64,000 nt of DNA from Candidatus Poribacteria bacterium (lineage in GTDB: Bacteria; Poribacteria; WGA-4E; JAJDTR01). The stretch's first letter is position 1, and each line of letters starts with the position of its first letter. Where the stretch lies: the NCBI GenBank assembly GCA_965222225.1, contig CBDCTK010000002.1:672001-736000 (forward strand), read 5' to 3'. Shown one piece after another: positions 9,997 through 20,268 of this stretch. A program made the translations under genes and the position numbers. The notes under the pieces are model-generated. The model saw only the letters and a list, made by a program, of their open reading frames with translations. It did no database searches and had not been told where the DNA came from.

Positions 9997-11292
9997 ATGA
10001 ACCATATTTACATTGTTGGCGCTAGTCATCATACGGCTCCGCTTGACTTCAGGGAAAAGCTTGCGTTCTCCGAGACCCAGATTTTGCAGGCATTCCCACC
10101 CTTGAGGGACCAATATCACTTCCAAGAGGCGGTGATTCTATCCACTTGCAATCGTGTCGAGATTTATGCGGCTACCCACACCACGGACGGATACGCCTCC
10201 CTTTCTAATTTTCTCTCCGCCTACCATCATATTGATTCACATACGCTCAAGAAGTTTATCTACACGCATCAAGATGCGAGCGCAGTTCGGCATTTATTCG
10301 ATGTTTCTACAAGTCTTGACTCAATGGTCGTTGGCGAACCCCAAATCCTCGGTCAGGTAAAGGAGGCATATGACTCAGCATTAGCTGCCGGAGCCAGTGG
10401 ACAAACTTTGAATCGCCTTTTTGCGAAAGCGATAAGCGTCGGCAAGCGTGTGCGCACTGAAACCAACATTGCTTCCGGGGCGGTTTCCATCGGTTACGCG
10501 GCGGTTGAGCTCGCGAAGAGAATCTTCCAATCTCTCGAGAATAAAACGGTTGCTATTGTCGGGGCTGGAGAAATGAGCGAGTTGACAGCTCAACACCTCG
10601 TGGAAAACGGGGCGTCCCAAGTGATTGTTGCGAATAGGACGTATGAGCGTGCCGTGAAAATCGCCGAAAATTTTGATGGTATTCCACTTGCTTACGATGC
10701 GAATTTGAATTTCCTCGTTGACGCCGACATTGTAATTAGTTCGACCGATGCGCCGCAATATCTCATCCAGCGTAAACCGCTTGCGGAAGTAATGAAAAAA
10801 CGGAAGCATCGCCACATGTTTCTAATTGATATCGCAGTACCGCGGGATATTGATCCCGAAGTCAGCAAGATAGAGAATGCCTTCCTGTATAACATTGACG
10901 ACCTTGACGCAGTCGTAGCGTCCAACATGAAGGATCGACAACGGGAGGCGGAGATTGCCGGACGTATAGTGGAGGAGGAAGCCAATGGATTTTACTCACA
11001 ATTGCAACTCCTCAAAGTTACACCGACCATCAAGGCACTAAACCAGCAGTTTCAGGGGGTTGTCGAAAGAGAACTGCAAGCTTGTTTCAAGAAGGCGGAG
11101 TTGTCACCAGAGCAACGGGCGCTTGTGCAATCTATGACCCAAGCAATTGTGAAGAAGTTGCTGCATCAACCGACCAAGAGTCTGCGTCAGAAGACCAACG
11201 ATGTTGATGGCGAGCACGTGCAGTATGTCCGGGCTTTGCAAGAGCTATTTGCATTGGAAGACATGGAAAATAGGACGAAGACGGAAGATTAA
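9997..11292 (+). CDS. hemA: Glutamyl-tRNA reductase
   Basis: 'ILSTCNRVEIY', 'SLDSMVVGEPQILGQVK', 'GAGEM', 'DIAVPRDIDP'. Confidence 0.97.
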   Translation: MNHIYIVGASHHTAPLDFREKLAFSETQILQAFPPLRDQYHFQEAVILSTCNRVEIYAATHTTDGYASLSNFLSAYHHIDSHTLKKFIYTHQDASAVRHLFDVSTSLDSMVVGEPQILGQVKEAYDSALAAGASGQTLNRLFAKAISVGKRVRTETNIASGAVSIGYAAVELAKRIFQSLENKTVAIVGAGEMSELTAQHLVENGASQVIVANRTYERAVKIAENFDGIPLAYDANLNFLVDADIVISSTDAPQYLIQRKPLAEVMKKRKHRHMFLIDIAVPRDIDPEVSKIENAFLYNIDDLDAVVASNMKDRQREAEIAGRIVEEEANGFYSQLQLLKVTPTIKALNQQFQGVVERELQACFKKAELSPEQRALVQSMTQAIVKKLLHQPTKSLRQKTNDVDGEHVQYVRALQELFALEDMENRTKTED

Positions 11293-11393
11293 GACAATAT
11301 GAAACGGACCGACGTGATTCCGCTGATTTTCGAAATCGCAAAATCAGAAATAGAAATGAAGTTTCACTCTGATGTCATATTTCCTACGAACGC

Positions 11394-12317
11394 ATGATGC
11401 AAACCATCACCATTGGGACGCGCGGAAGCCAACTTGCACTTTGGCAGGCGGAGTATGTCAAAAAGTGCTTGAACTCACACTTTCCCAACCTAGAAATTTC
11501 ACTTCAAATCATCAAAACCACGGGGGACAGGATCCAAAACCGTCCACTGGTTGGACTTGGTAAGGGGGTTTTCACGAGAGAAATTGAATTCGCACTGCTG
11601 GACGGGACAATAGATCTCGCTGTCCACAGTATGAAGGATCTGCCAACCAAACTCCCGGACGGCTTGTACATCGGTGCGATTCCGAGTCGTGAAGACCCAC
11701 GTGACGTGCTTGTCTCTGCATTAGGGTTGTCTCTTGAGGAATTGCCGGAGAAGGCGAAGATTGGAACGACCAGCCCGCGACGTCGTGCCCAGCTCATCTT
11801 TTTACGCCCCGATTTGACCGTTGTGGGAATCCGTGGAAATCTCGACACACGGCTTCGTAAACTTCGGGAGACGGATATTGACGGACTAATTCTCGCTGCC
11901 GCCGGGATAAAGAGGCTAATAGGCGAGGAGGCTATCACCGAATATTTTGAAGTCGACAAGATGGTTCCTGCGCCCGGACAGGGGGCGTTGGGGATTGAAA
12001 TCCGCGAAGATGATGACGGAATGCGCGAATTTTTAAACGCAATCAACAACGTTGACGCCGAACTTGCGGTAGCGACGGAGAGAGCCGTACTCGATAGATT
12101 GGGAAGTGGGTGCCAAGTTCCCATCGGTGTGCATGCGTCAATCAAGGATTGTGAGTTGGGCATTATTGGAATGGTTGCAGATTGCAATGGGAAACAGCGG
12201 GTTGTTGCAGAAGAGGTCGGATCTCCCAAACAAGCTTTTCGCATGGCCGAGAGTTTGGCAACAAGTCTACTGTCACAAGGAGCTCGCGAACTCCTGAGCG
12301 AAGACGATGATGAATGA
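11394..12317 (+). CDS. hemC: Hydroxymethylbilane synthase
   Basis: 'GTRGSQLALWQA', 'DLAVHSMKDLP', 'IRGNLDTRLRKL', 'GCQVPIG'. Confidence 0.97.
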   Translation: MMQTITIGTRGSQLALWQAEYVKKCLNSHFPNLEISLQIIKTTGDRIQNRPLVGLGKGVFTREIEFALLDGTIDLAVHSMKDLPTKLPDGLYIGAIPSREDPRDVLVSALGLSLEELPEKAKIGTTSPRRRAQLIFLRPDLTVVGIRGNLDTRLRKLRETDIDGLILAAAGIKRLIGEEAITEYFEVDKMVPAPGQGALGIEIREDDDGMREFLNAINNVDAELAVATERAVLDRLGSGCQVPIGVHASIKDCELGIIGMVADCNGKQRVVAEEVGSPKQAFRMAESLATSLLSQGARELLSEDDDE

Positions 12318-13842
12318 AAAGAGGGCCGGGAAGGTCTACCTTGTCGGCGGGGGACCCGGGGATCCCAAGTTAATAACGCTCAAAGGGGTCGAGTGCCTGA
12401 AGCGCGCCGATGTCGTCATCTATGACTCGCTCATCAATGATGCTCTGTTGGAGCACTGTCCTCCGCACAGTGAAAGAATTTATGGAGGAAAACGCCCGGG
12501 AGAACAGCGGAAACGTCAAGATGAGATTAACCATCTCATGCTCCAAAAAGCCGAGGAGGGCAAAACAGTTGTTCGGCTAAAAGGCGGCGACCCGTTCATT
12601 TTTGGGCGCGGCGGCGAGGAGGTGCTCGTACTCGCCGAGGCAGGGATTGACTTTGAGATTGTGCCCGGCATTACCTCGGCAATCGCCGCACCGGCATATG
12701 CGGGAATCCCGCTTACCCATCGGGATTATGCTTCGTCTGTCGCATTTGTTACCGGACATTCGGCATCATTCGCACCTGATTCACCGATTGGATGGGAGCG
12801 ACTTGCAACGGCTGTGGATACACTCGTGGTATACATGGGCATCGGGCATCTTCGACAAATCGCTGCGCAGTTGACGAAGTATGGACGCTCCCCCGAAACT
12901 CCCGTTACGCTCGTCCATTGGGGGACGACCCCGCAACAGAAAACGCTCGAAGGGACGCTCGCCGACATACCCGAAAAGGCGGAGGCTGCCAACTTTCGAA
13001 ATCCGGCAGTTGTGGTCGTCGGCGCGGTGAATCGGCTGCGCGAACAGTTGCGCTGGTATGATTCGAAACCGCTCTTTGGGAAGTGCATCGTTGTCACTCG
13101 AGCACGTGCTCAAGCTAGCGATTTTGCGGAACTTCTCGAATCTTACGGCGCCGATACCGTTCAGTTTCCCACCATCGAAATCCGGCCGATTTTGGATAAT
13201 CCTGTTCTAGACAAGGCTATTGCACGCCTGGGCGATTACGATTGGGCAATCTTTACTAGCGTCAATGCTGTCGAGATATTTTACTCCCGATTGCGAACAT
13301 GTGGTACGGACGTCCGCTCTTTCGGACGGGGCCGAATTTGTGCGGTGGGGCCCAAGACCGTTGACGCGTTGGATAAGATTGGTATTTGCGCTGATTTTGT
13401 CCCAACCCAATCGCGAGGGTTAGCAATCGCGGATGAGATGGAGAACTTGGAAGGAAAACACGTTCTGCTGCCATGTGCCAAAATTGCACCCAACGATCTC
13501 CCCAACGATTTACGCGAAAAGGGGGCAGTTGTCCACACCATTCCGATTTACGATACTGTCAAGTCTGAAGGAAAGGGACGTGAGGCGCTTGAGAAGGGAA
13601 TCATTAGCGGTGAGATTGCCATGGTTACGTTCACAAGCTCATCAACAGTTACAAACTTCGTCGGGATGTTTGATTCAGGTCCCACGGATGTTTTGTTAAG
13701 CAAGGTGACAATCGCGGTCATTGGACCTTCAACTGCCGAGACTGTGAAACAGTATGGGTTGGCGGTTGATGTGATGCCAAGCGAGGCGTCAATAGAAGCG
13801 CTTGCCCAAGAGATTGTCCGATTTTATGACAAAAGTTCGTAG
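12307..13842 (+). CDS. cobA: Fused uroporphyrinogen-III C-methyltransferase / uroporphyrinogen-III synthase (CobA-HemD)
   Basis: 'VGGGPGDPKLIT', 'RLKGGDPFIFGRGGEE', then HemD part 'VVTRARAQA', 'FTSVNAV', 'FTSSSTV'. Confidence 0.95.
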   Translation: MMNEKRAGKVYLVGGGPGDPKLITLKGVECLKRADVVIYDSLINDALLEHCPPHSERIYGGKRPGEQRKRQDEINHLMLQKAEEGKTVVRLKGGDPFIFGRGGEEVLVLAEAGIDFEIVPGITSAIAAPAYAGIPLTHRDYASSVAFVTGHSASFAPDSPIGWERLATAVDTLVVYMGIGHLRQIAAQLTKYGRSPETPVTLVHWGTTPQQKTLEGTLADIPEKAEAANFRNPAVVVVGAVNRLREQLRWYDSKPLFGKCIVVTRARAQASDFAELLESYGADTVQFPTIEIRPILDNPVLDKAIARLGDYDWAIFTSVNAVEIFYSRLRTCGTDVRSFGRGRICAVGPKTVDALDKIGICADFVPTQSRGLAIADEMENLEGKHVLLPCAKIAPNDLPNDLREKGAVVHTIPIYDTVKSEGKGREALEKGIISGEIAMVTFTSSSTVTNFVGMFDSGPTDVLLSKVTIAVIGPSTAETVKQYGLAVDVMPSEASIEALAQEIVRFYDKSS

Positions 13843-13866
13843 AGCCCGATCCGCTTGGCACGAATG

Positions 13867-16368
13867 TCAGTTGAAGTTTGCGTGATGGGTAATCCAACAA
13901 CGACGCCCGTCTGTTATTAGTTGTATGGCGCCGAGTTCATCAGTCCTTAACACTTTACATCCAAAATTTCGGTAGCGCCTAAGAATCTGTCTGGGCGGGA
14001 ACTTGTAGGGATTGCGCGCACTGAGTGAGAAAATGCCAAATTTTGGACGGACCAAGGACAAAAATTCGGGACTGCTAGAGGTCTTGCTCCCGTGATGCGG
14101 CACCTTGAGAATTTCTGCCCCCAAATCCGCGCCTGATTCAACCAACCTCTTCTCCGCACGTCGCTCAATGTCACCAGTGAACAGAATATCCACCTCGCCG
14201 TAAGAAAGTTTAAGAACGAGGGAATCGTCGTTTATGTCACGGTCCCTTAGAGTTGTCGACCCCTCATCAAACGGGTGTAACAATTCGAGTGTCGCAGTTG
14301 AGGTAAGTTCAATTTCTCCCGCATAGCCAAGTTCATGCGGAATTCCTTTCTCGTCAATGAGTTGATGCAGCACCCTGTGGGTTACCGGCGGCAGATCTAA
14401 GTGCGGTACCCCAAGCACGCGCTTCACGCCATATTCGTGCAATATGTAGTAAAGTCCTCCGCCGTGATCGTTGTCGGGATGACTCAGGAGCAAGAGATCT
14501 AATTTGCCAATCCCCTTGTAGCTCAAAAATGGCGAGAGGATTCGTTCGCCGGTGTCGAAACCGAGAAACTTCAATTCTTTGTCATCTTTGGGTTCGATTT
14601 CGTAGTTCCCTTGGTAAGCGAATTGTAGATTACGTCCTCCATCAATTAGCATGGTTTTCCCATCGGGAAATCTGACGAATGCCGCGTCGCCCTGCCTGAC
14701 ATCAAGGAATGTAACCTCTAACAGGCGTCCGTCTTCCCGCCAGGCGGCATTCCACACCCATATCGCCACGACCGCCATCCCAATTAACACAGCCTTTTTT
14801 CGCTCTAGCCACACCCACCGCCAGTAAACAATTGCCATACAGCCGGCGAAGAAGACAATAACCCATCCGAAAGTAGGCGGCGCGGTTTTGACGACACTCC
14901 ATTGTTGGCTCCCGAAAAACTCTATGATATTGAGGAGTACGAGAATGATGAGGTGGTTGGCGTAAACAAGCGGTATTGCGAGTGGAAGCCAGACTGCGCC
15001 GAGAATCACAGAGATGAGCGCCAGGCTGACGATAGGAGTTGCGAGTCCCACAACAAACGGCCCCGCAATTAACCCCAAAGGATAGAGTCGATAAAAGGCC
15101 CCTGCAATGAAAAGGATGGTACCAAGCTGTGCGGCTAGTGTAACCCCGAATCCCAGAAGCAACCACCGGATTCCCTTCCCTACGGCGTAACGGAAGCGGG
15201 AGACATTTTCCCGTTCCCTGGGTTGGTCAATCCAATTCGGCAGAATATCTCTGATGAAGCTTTCCCATTTGGGCATGAAGTAAAGGATTGATGCCACTGC
15301 GGCAAATGAGAGTTGGGAACCGATATCCCACAGTTGCGCCGGGTTAATCAGCAATAAAATGAGTGCGGCGACTGCAAGGAGGTTAAACCGGTCGACATCT
15401 CGGTCGATGATTGAACCGAACAGAAAAAGAATCACCATGGTTGAAGCCCGAAATACCGATGGACGGAATCCGACGATACTGGCGTAGAGAATAACAGCGA
15501 GGAGGGTCAGGGCACAGGTTGTTTTTGCAGGGAGGCGCGAGAAGCAGAGAAAGAATACGCCGGCAATCAGCCCGACGTGCAACCCTGATACGGCCAGGAT
15601 GTGCAGTGATCCACTGTTGCGGAAAGCGGCGATGGTAGACTCCTCGATTCCGCCTCGTTTCCCAAGCAGCATCCCCTTGAGGATTTCGACGTGTTCCGGG
15701 TGTTTTTTATATGCGGAGTCAATTACCTCTTCTACCCGCCTCCGCAGGCTTTCCGTCCAGCACAAGGGCAGGAAACCGGATTGACCACTTGCAGCAATCT
15801 CAAGTTTCCGCTCCGGATATAGGATGCCAAAAACTTTGCGCCGTGCAAGGTAGGAGCGATAGTCGAATCCGCCCGGATTCCGCTCACCGTTGGGACGACG
15901 AAGAGCGCCTCTAAGTTCTAAGTGGTCCCCGTAATGCAGAGGCACCGGTTCGCGAAAATAGACCAGGAGATTTGCACTCACAACATGGCCGGGAGATTCC
16001 AACAGGCGGATCTCCCCCTCAACGAAGCAGGCGTCCCATGATTCACCTCGTTCTGGCTGATACAGCGTCTTCCCCGAGAAACTGACGCCCTGATTATAGA
16101 AATCATGGGGGATTGGAGAAGTTAGCCGAATCTCTGAATACAGTGCACCACAGGCAAAAATTGCTAACTGCAGCAGGATATATCGGTAGGTGATAGGTGG
16201 AAGCGGCCGGATTGAGAAATTATGTTTCGTTACGTTTCTCAGAGCGAGGCTGCCGACAAGGCAGGAGAGAGCAGTAAGCCAAATCCAAAAAATGGGGGTG
16301 GAGGAAAACCCGCCAACTAGAATACCGAGCGAATAAGGTATAAGAGCGTGGAGGGCTGGACGAGACAT
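13867..16368 (-). CDS. comEC: DNA internalization competence protein ComEC/Rec2
   Basis: 'RNPGGFDY', 'HILAVSGLHVG', MBL domain 'DVRQGDA', 'SHPDNDHGGG', 'KVPHHGSKTSS'. Confidence 0.95.
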   Translation of the reverse strand: MSRPALHALIPYSLGILVGGFSSTPIFWIWLTALSCLVGSLALRNVTKHNFSIRPLPPITYRYILLQLAIFACGALYSEIRLTSPIPHDFYNQGVSFSGKTLYQPERGESWDACFVEGEIRLLESPGHVVSANLLVYFREPVPLHYGDHLELRGALRRPNGERNPGGFDYRSYLARRKVFGILYPERKLEIAASGQSGFLPLCWTESLRRRVEEVIDSAYKKHPEHVEILKGMLLGKRGGIEESTIAAFRNSGSLHILAVSGLHVGLIAGVFFLCFSRLPAKTTCALTLLAVILYASIVGFRPSVFRASTMVILFLFGSIIDRDVDRFNLLAVAALILLLINPAQLWDIGSQLSFAAVASILYFMPKWESFIRDILPNWIDQPRERENVSRFRYAVGKGIRWLLLGFGVTLAAQLGTILFIAGAFYRLYPLGLIAGPFVVGLATPIVSLALISVILGAVWLPLAIPLVYANHLIILVLLNIIEFFGSQQWSVVKTAPPTFGWVIVFFAGCMAIVYWRWVWLERKKAVLIGMAVVAIWVWNAAWREDGRLLEVTFLDVRQGDAAFVRFPDGKTMLIDGGRNLQFAYQGNYEIEPKDDKELKFLGFDTGERILSPFLSYKGIGKLDLLLLSHPDNDHGGGLYYILHEYGVKRVLGVPHLDLPPVTHRVLHQLIDEKGIPHELGYAGEIELTSTATLELLHPFDEGSTTLRDRDINDDSLVLKLSYGEVDILFTGDIERRAEKRLVESGADLGAEILKVPHHGSKTSSSPEFLSLVRPKFGIFSLSARNPYKFPPRQILRRYRNFGCKVLRTDELGAIQLITDGRRCWITHHANFN

Positions 16369-16393
16369 AGGAGTGGATTAGGTGTGCATTGGT

Positions 16394-17545
16394 TCAACTC
16401 AAGATTTCACTAACTGTGTCAACGACGGTGTGAATGTCCTCTACCGTTAAGTCAAGATGAAGTGGCAAGCTCACAACGCGCTCAAAGGCTGCTTCGGCGC
16501 GAGGAAACTCGCCTTCACGGTAACCGTATCGTTTCTGGTAATACGGAAAGAGATGGAGAGGGATATAGTGGACGCTGCATTCGATATTGGCACTGCGCAT
16601 GGCTTCAACGAATTCATCACGAGTGATTTTGAGCAGATCCGTCCGAAGCTGGATGATATACAGATGCCACGAGTGGCAATGGATAGTTTCTCCCGGAGGC
16701 GTTACGATTCCCGGAATGGTCGCCAGCCTTTCCTGATAAATCTGAACATACTTTCGACGAATTTCAATCTGCTTGTTCAATTTCATCAGTTGACACAACC
16801 CCATTGCCGCTTGGATGTCGGTCATGTTGTACTTGTATCCTTGAGAATCGACCTGATAGTACCAGACGCTCCGATTGGACTGGCGTGCCCACGCATCTTT
16901 GTTTAGTCCGTGCAGACGCATCGGTTTAATCGTCTCGGCGTAATCGTCGCTGTTGGTCGTAATCATGCCGCCCTCAGCGGTTGTCAGGGTTTTGTTCGCA
17001 TAGAAACTGAAAACCGATAAATCACCGAGCGATCCGATCCGATGCCCCTTGTAGTCCGTCGGAATCGCATGTGCGGCATCGTCAATGAGAACGAGATTTC
17101 GAGTTTTGCAGATTTCGAGGAGGGCGTCCATGTCACAGGGGATGCCCGCAATATGCACCGGGAGGATTGCTTTCGTACGCGGCGTGAGTTTCTCGGAGAT
17201 TTTGTCCACGTCAATGTTGAGCGTCGTCGGATCGATGTCAACAAAAACCGGCTTTGCACCGGTATAACCGATGGCTTCCGAGGTCGCCGTGAACGTATAC
17301 GGGGTGGTAATCACTTCGTCGCCTTCACCAATGCCGGCAGCAACCAGCGAGAGATGCAATGCGGCTGTACAGGAACTTACGGCTAGAGCATGTTTTACAC
17401 CGATGTATTCGGCGAATCGCCGCTCGAACTCCGCCGCTTTTGGGCCTGTACTAATCCACTTGGAAGCCAACACTTCACTAACTGCTTCTATCTCGTCATC
17501 GCCAATCCACGGACGCGCAAACGGTATGAAGTGATTCTGTGCCAT
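16394..17545 (-). CDS. DegT/DnrJ/EryC1/StrS family PLP-dependent sugar aminotransferase
   Basis: 'VSSCTAALHL', 'DAAHA', 'FSFYANKTLTTAEGGM', 'GYKYNMTDIQAA'. Confidence 0.95.
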   Translation of the reverse strand: MAQNHFIPFARPWIGDDEIEAVSEVLASKWISTGPKAAEFERRFAEYIGVKHALAVSSCTAALHLSLVAAGIGEGDEVITTPYTFTATSEAIGYTGAKPVFVDIDPTTLNIDVDKISEKLTPRTKAILPVHIAGIPCDMDALLEICKTRNLVLIDDAAHAIPTDYKGHRIGSLGDLSVFSFYANKTLTTAEGGMITTNSDDYAETIKPMRLHGLNKDAWARQSNRSVWYYQVDSQGYKYNMTDIQAAMGLCQLMKLNKQIEIRRKYVQIYQERLATIPGIVTPPGETIHCHSWHLYIIQLRTDLLKITRDEFVEAMRSANIECSVHYIPLHLFPYYQKRYGYREGEFPRAEAAFERVVSLPLHLDLTVEDIHTVVDTVSEILS

Positions 17546-17649
17546 GTATCTGTCCTTTGTTGATGAAAACAGGGCTTACGCACGTTGTCCCGATCATAGC
17601 ACACGATATGGGTGTAAAGTAATACGTAAGTAAGTCGTTTACGCACCAC

Positions 17650-17684
17650 CATCAAACGACCGAATAGCGAGTGTGATGGAGATT
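17650..17684 (-). repeat. 35-nt structured module, reverse orientation
   Basis: Reverse complement reads AATCTCCATCACACTCGCTATTCGGTCGTTTGATG. Confidence 0.7.
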
Positions 17685-17997
17685 CCATTATGCATTACGC
17701 ATAATAAATCGCCGCTATGAGGTACTGAGGCGTTCAACTGTGTAAATCTAAAAAACTAGAAACTACATGCCCAAACCCCTTTAATACTGCTTTAAGCAAG
17801 TTTCGGCACGAGAGTTTATCTCCCGTATGGACTAAGGAGGAATAGCAACTGCGTCCGTTCTATACATCTTGAAGATTATATCTTCGATTTGGCGGTCCAG
17901 CAGGGGCAATCCGGGCTTTTCTCGACATCACTTAGATATCTGAAGTTTATTTTTGGAACTTGCCTAAATATGTGAAAAACGCTCACATTTTCGTCAA

Positions 17998-18465
17998 TTA
18001 CTTAGTTGTGCTCTCTTTCAACCTTTGAACCATTGCTGCGAGGGCGAGATCATAACTGAAGGCGCCGAATCCACTGATTACACCGATGGCGACAGGGGAC
18101 ACGTAAGAGTGGTGCCGGAAAGTGTCGCGCGCATAGATATTGGACAAATGAATCTCAATCACGGGGAGATTGACCGCGGATAAGGCGTCCTGAATCGCAA
18201 TGCTGGTGTGTGTGTAGGCGCCGGGGTTGATTAAAATTCCATCCGCCCAATTTATGTTATCTCCTATTTCGGAGACAATCGCGCCTTCGTAGTTGGACTG
18301 GAAGGTTTTAAGTTCAACGCCTTTTCCCAAAGCGATTTCGCGCAGGTGGGAATTGATATCCTCCAGTGTCCGACGACCGTAAATCTCGGGCTGTCGCTTC
18401 CCCAAGAGTTGAAGATTAGGTCCGTGGATGAGGAGAATTTTGATGAGGGTTTCGGGTTTTGTCAT
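17998..18465 (-). CDS. aroQ: Type II 3-dehydroquinate dehydratase
   Basis: 'HGPNLQLLGKRQPEIYG', 'INPGAYTHTSIAIQDA', 'EIHLSNIYARDTFRHHS'. Confidence 0.96.
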   Translation of the reverse strand: MTKPETLIKILLIHGPNLQLLGKRQPEIYGRRTLEDINSHLREIALGKGVELKTFQSNYEGAIVSEIGDNINWADGILINPGAYTHTSIAIQDALSAVNLPVIEIHLSNIYARDTFRHHSYVSPVAIGVISGFGAFSYDLALAAMVQRLKESTTK

Positions 18466-18574
18466 CTAGGCAATTTTCGTGTCATACGCCCACAGTATAC
18501 ACCGGCTGTAAAGGTTTGTAAAGAGTCTTTCGAGTTGCGAGGTCGCGGTGTTATCATCGTGGTTACGGCTGGCA

Positions 18575-19333
18575 TCATTGCTTCGTTTCTTCTGGCGTGT
18601 TTTGTTCGTAGTATTCGCGCGTTTTATCGTTGAGCACCCCGTAGAAAGTCCGGACTGGGGCGTCCGAATGATCCCGCCAAAAACTCGCGGGTATCAGAGA
18701 ATCGTTGCTCAGGAATTCCCGATGCGGGTGTCCGTAGTAGGTTTGCACCGATTTTCTTTCCGCCTGCGTCTTACGCACGGTTGCCGTATGCAGCACGGAG
18801 ATATTGAATAGGATTGCTGTGCCTGCTTCGCCGTATAGGTCGTGGATGCCGCCCCGCTCAAGCTGGACTGCGGTTTCCAGGATTTCCTGATTCATCGATT
18901 CTGGCGAGATTGAAAAACAGTGTGTCGTTTCGTCGACGTCTGTCAGATACACAACCGCTTGGACGTAAGCGATTCTTAAGCGATGCTCCCCCCAGTGAGG
19001 TCGATCTCGGTGCCAGGATCGTTGTAGTTCGGGCGACTCGTAGGCTGCCATGTGCCGAATGCATATCTCCGAGAAGCAAATCTCTTCACCCATCAGAGTG
19101 TGCAACGGCTTGATTATCTTTGGGTGGCGGATGATACCATCAAGCTCCGGGGAGCTAACGAGGGCATCGCAGTTTATCATTTGGTGATTGCCCGCCGGAT
19201 ACCAGCAGTCTCGTTCTTCTGCCAAATCACGGTCAAAGATTGCCGTGTAATGCGCTATCTCCTCAGTCGTCAAGATTTTGCCGAGCGGCAGGTAGCCGTG
19301 CTCTTGAAAGAATCTGTAATCTTCTTGTTTCAT
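18575..19333 (-). CDS. Phytanoyl-CoA dioxygenase (PhyH) family protein
   Basis: 'FFQEHGYL', HxD motif 'WHRD', 'VYLTDV', distal 'LHTA'. Confidence 0.8.
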   Translation of the reverse strand: MKQEDYRFFQEHGYLPLGKILTTEEIAHYTAIFDRDLAEERDCWYPAGNHQMINCDALVSSPELDGIIRHPKIIKPLHTLMGEEICFSEICIRHMAAYESPELQRSWHRDRPHWGEHRLRIAYVQAVVYLTDVDETTHCFSISPESMNQEILETAVQLERGGIHDLYGEAGTAILFNISVLHTATVRKTQAERKSVQTYYGHPHREFLSNDSLIPASFWRDHSDAPVRTFYGVLNDKTREYYEQNTPEETKQ

Positions 19334-19354
19334 ACTATCTAACCTTGAAAAATT

Positions 19355-19572
19355 CTAAGACCTGTATGAATAATAGGAGTGAAGGGAATTCGCGGTCATT
19401 TGAGTTCCTATACACCTGTGGGAGTTCTATCGTGCTCCTTATTCACTCGTTTAATCCTCACTGGGGCTTGTGATTTTCGTGCAAAGAGAAGAAGGCAAAT
19501 CGGGGATTTAACGGTCGAAAACCGGTTTCAAGGTAAAATAGTGTTACTTAAAATGGATTTTCAAACAAGCGC
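19355..19572. mobile_element. Degenerate MITE (CCTGTTTGAA...TTCAAACAGG family) containing a 35-nt module at 19422-19456
   Basis: Left end CTAAGACCTGTATGAATAA, right end TTTTCAAACAAGC; internal similarity to the copy at 20269-20549. Confidence 0.6.
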
Positions 19573-19582
19573 GAAAGTGAGT

Positions 19583-20236
19583 TCAAAAGAGCCGTGGCTT
19601 GCTCATTTCTAAAGAGCAGTCTATCGGCTGAGCGCCTAGTTGGAGAAGCGATCTGTTTGCTTTTGTGTCAAAGGTGAATAGGGGTTTACCCCATTCAGCA
19701 ACCGTCTTTGCAAATTCCAGCGTTCGACTCCCTTCCGCGGCGTGGGCAACAAGGATTTTGTCCGCAAGCGCGGCGACAAATTTATTGCGTTGGCGCGCCA
19801 ATTCTACGGTCGATCTCCGGAACTTACAAGCAAAAATGGATAGGATTAGGAGACGATTCTCGGACAAGGCTCGTTTCCACTCCGGTTTTAGCCGCATATT
19901 TTCAACACTCCGTGCGGGACAGATTATAATCGGCTGTTCGCCGCGCAGCAAAACGCGAAGACATTCCTTCTCTACCGGGGAATGAAAACCCCCTATGGTC
20001 GATTTGCCCAGCCTTCTGAATCGCTGGGCTAGGTCGTGTGTTTTCAAAATAATCTCGCCGGGACATTTGCTAGAGCAAAAAAGCGCCCAAAGTTCTCTCT
20101 CTTGGCTGATGTTCCGACTTGTCAGCAGGTTAACCTCCCCCCATCTCCAAATGGTTTCCGGGGCTTCGCTCTTCAGGTAGCGTTTCAGTTGCTCCGGGTA
20201 ATTCGGGTCTGTCTGCGTGATGTGTTCAATTGGCAC
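19583..20236 (-). CDS. Short DprA/Smf-like SLOG-family protein
   Basis: 'ALFCSSKCPGEIILKTHDLA', 'GGFHSPVEKECL', 'ARQRNKFVAALADKILVAHA..GSRT'; lacks the SAM and C-terminal domains of canonical DprA. Confidence 0.75.
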   Translation of the reverse strand: MPIEHITQTDPNYPEQLKRYLKSEAPETIWRWGEVNLLTSRNISQERELWALFCSSKCPGEIILKTHDLAQRFRRLGKSTIGGFHSPVEKECLRVLLRGEQPIIICPARSVENMRLKPEWKRALSENRLLILSIFACKFRRSTVELARQRNKFVAALADKILVAHAAEGSRTLEFAKTVAEWGKPLFTFDTKANRSLLQLGAQPIDCSLEMSKPRLF

Positions 20237-20268
20237 TTGTCATTGGGTACGGTTTAGATGAGGATTTT

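Noticed and set aside
11504-12244. 246-aa antisense ORF (also 56423-57160 and the many short overlapping ORFs)
   Set aside because: Shadow frames of well-supported genes, with no recognisable motifs.
17970-17988. ATGTGAAAAACGCTCACAT as a Rex or CRP operator
   Set aside because: The TGTGA/TCACA spacing is 7 rather than 6 nt, and it is far from the rex-hem cluster.
13867-20236. comEC plus DprA-like gene as a competence operon
   Set aside because: They are separated by unrelated genes and a MITE, and the DprA-like protein lacks the canonical extra domains.
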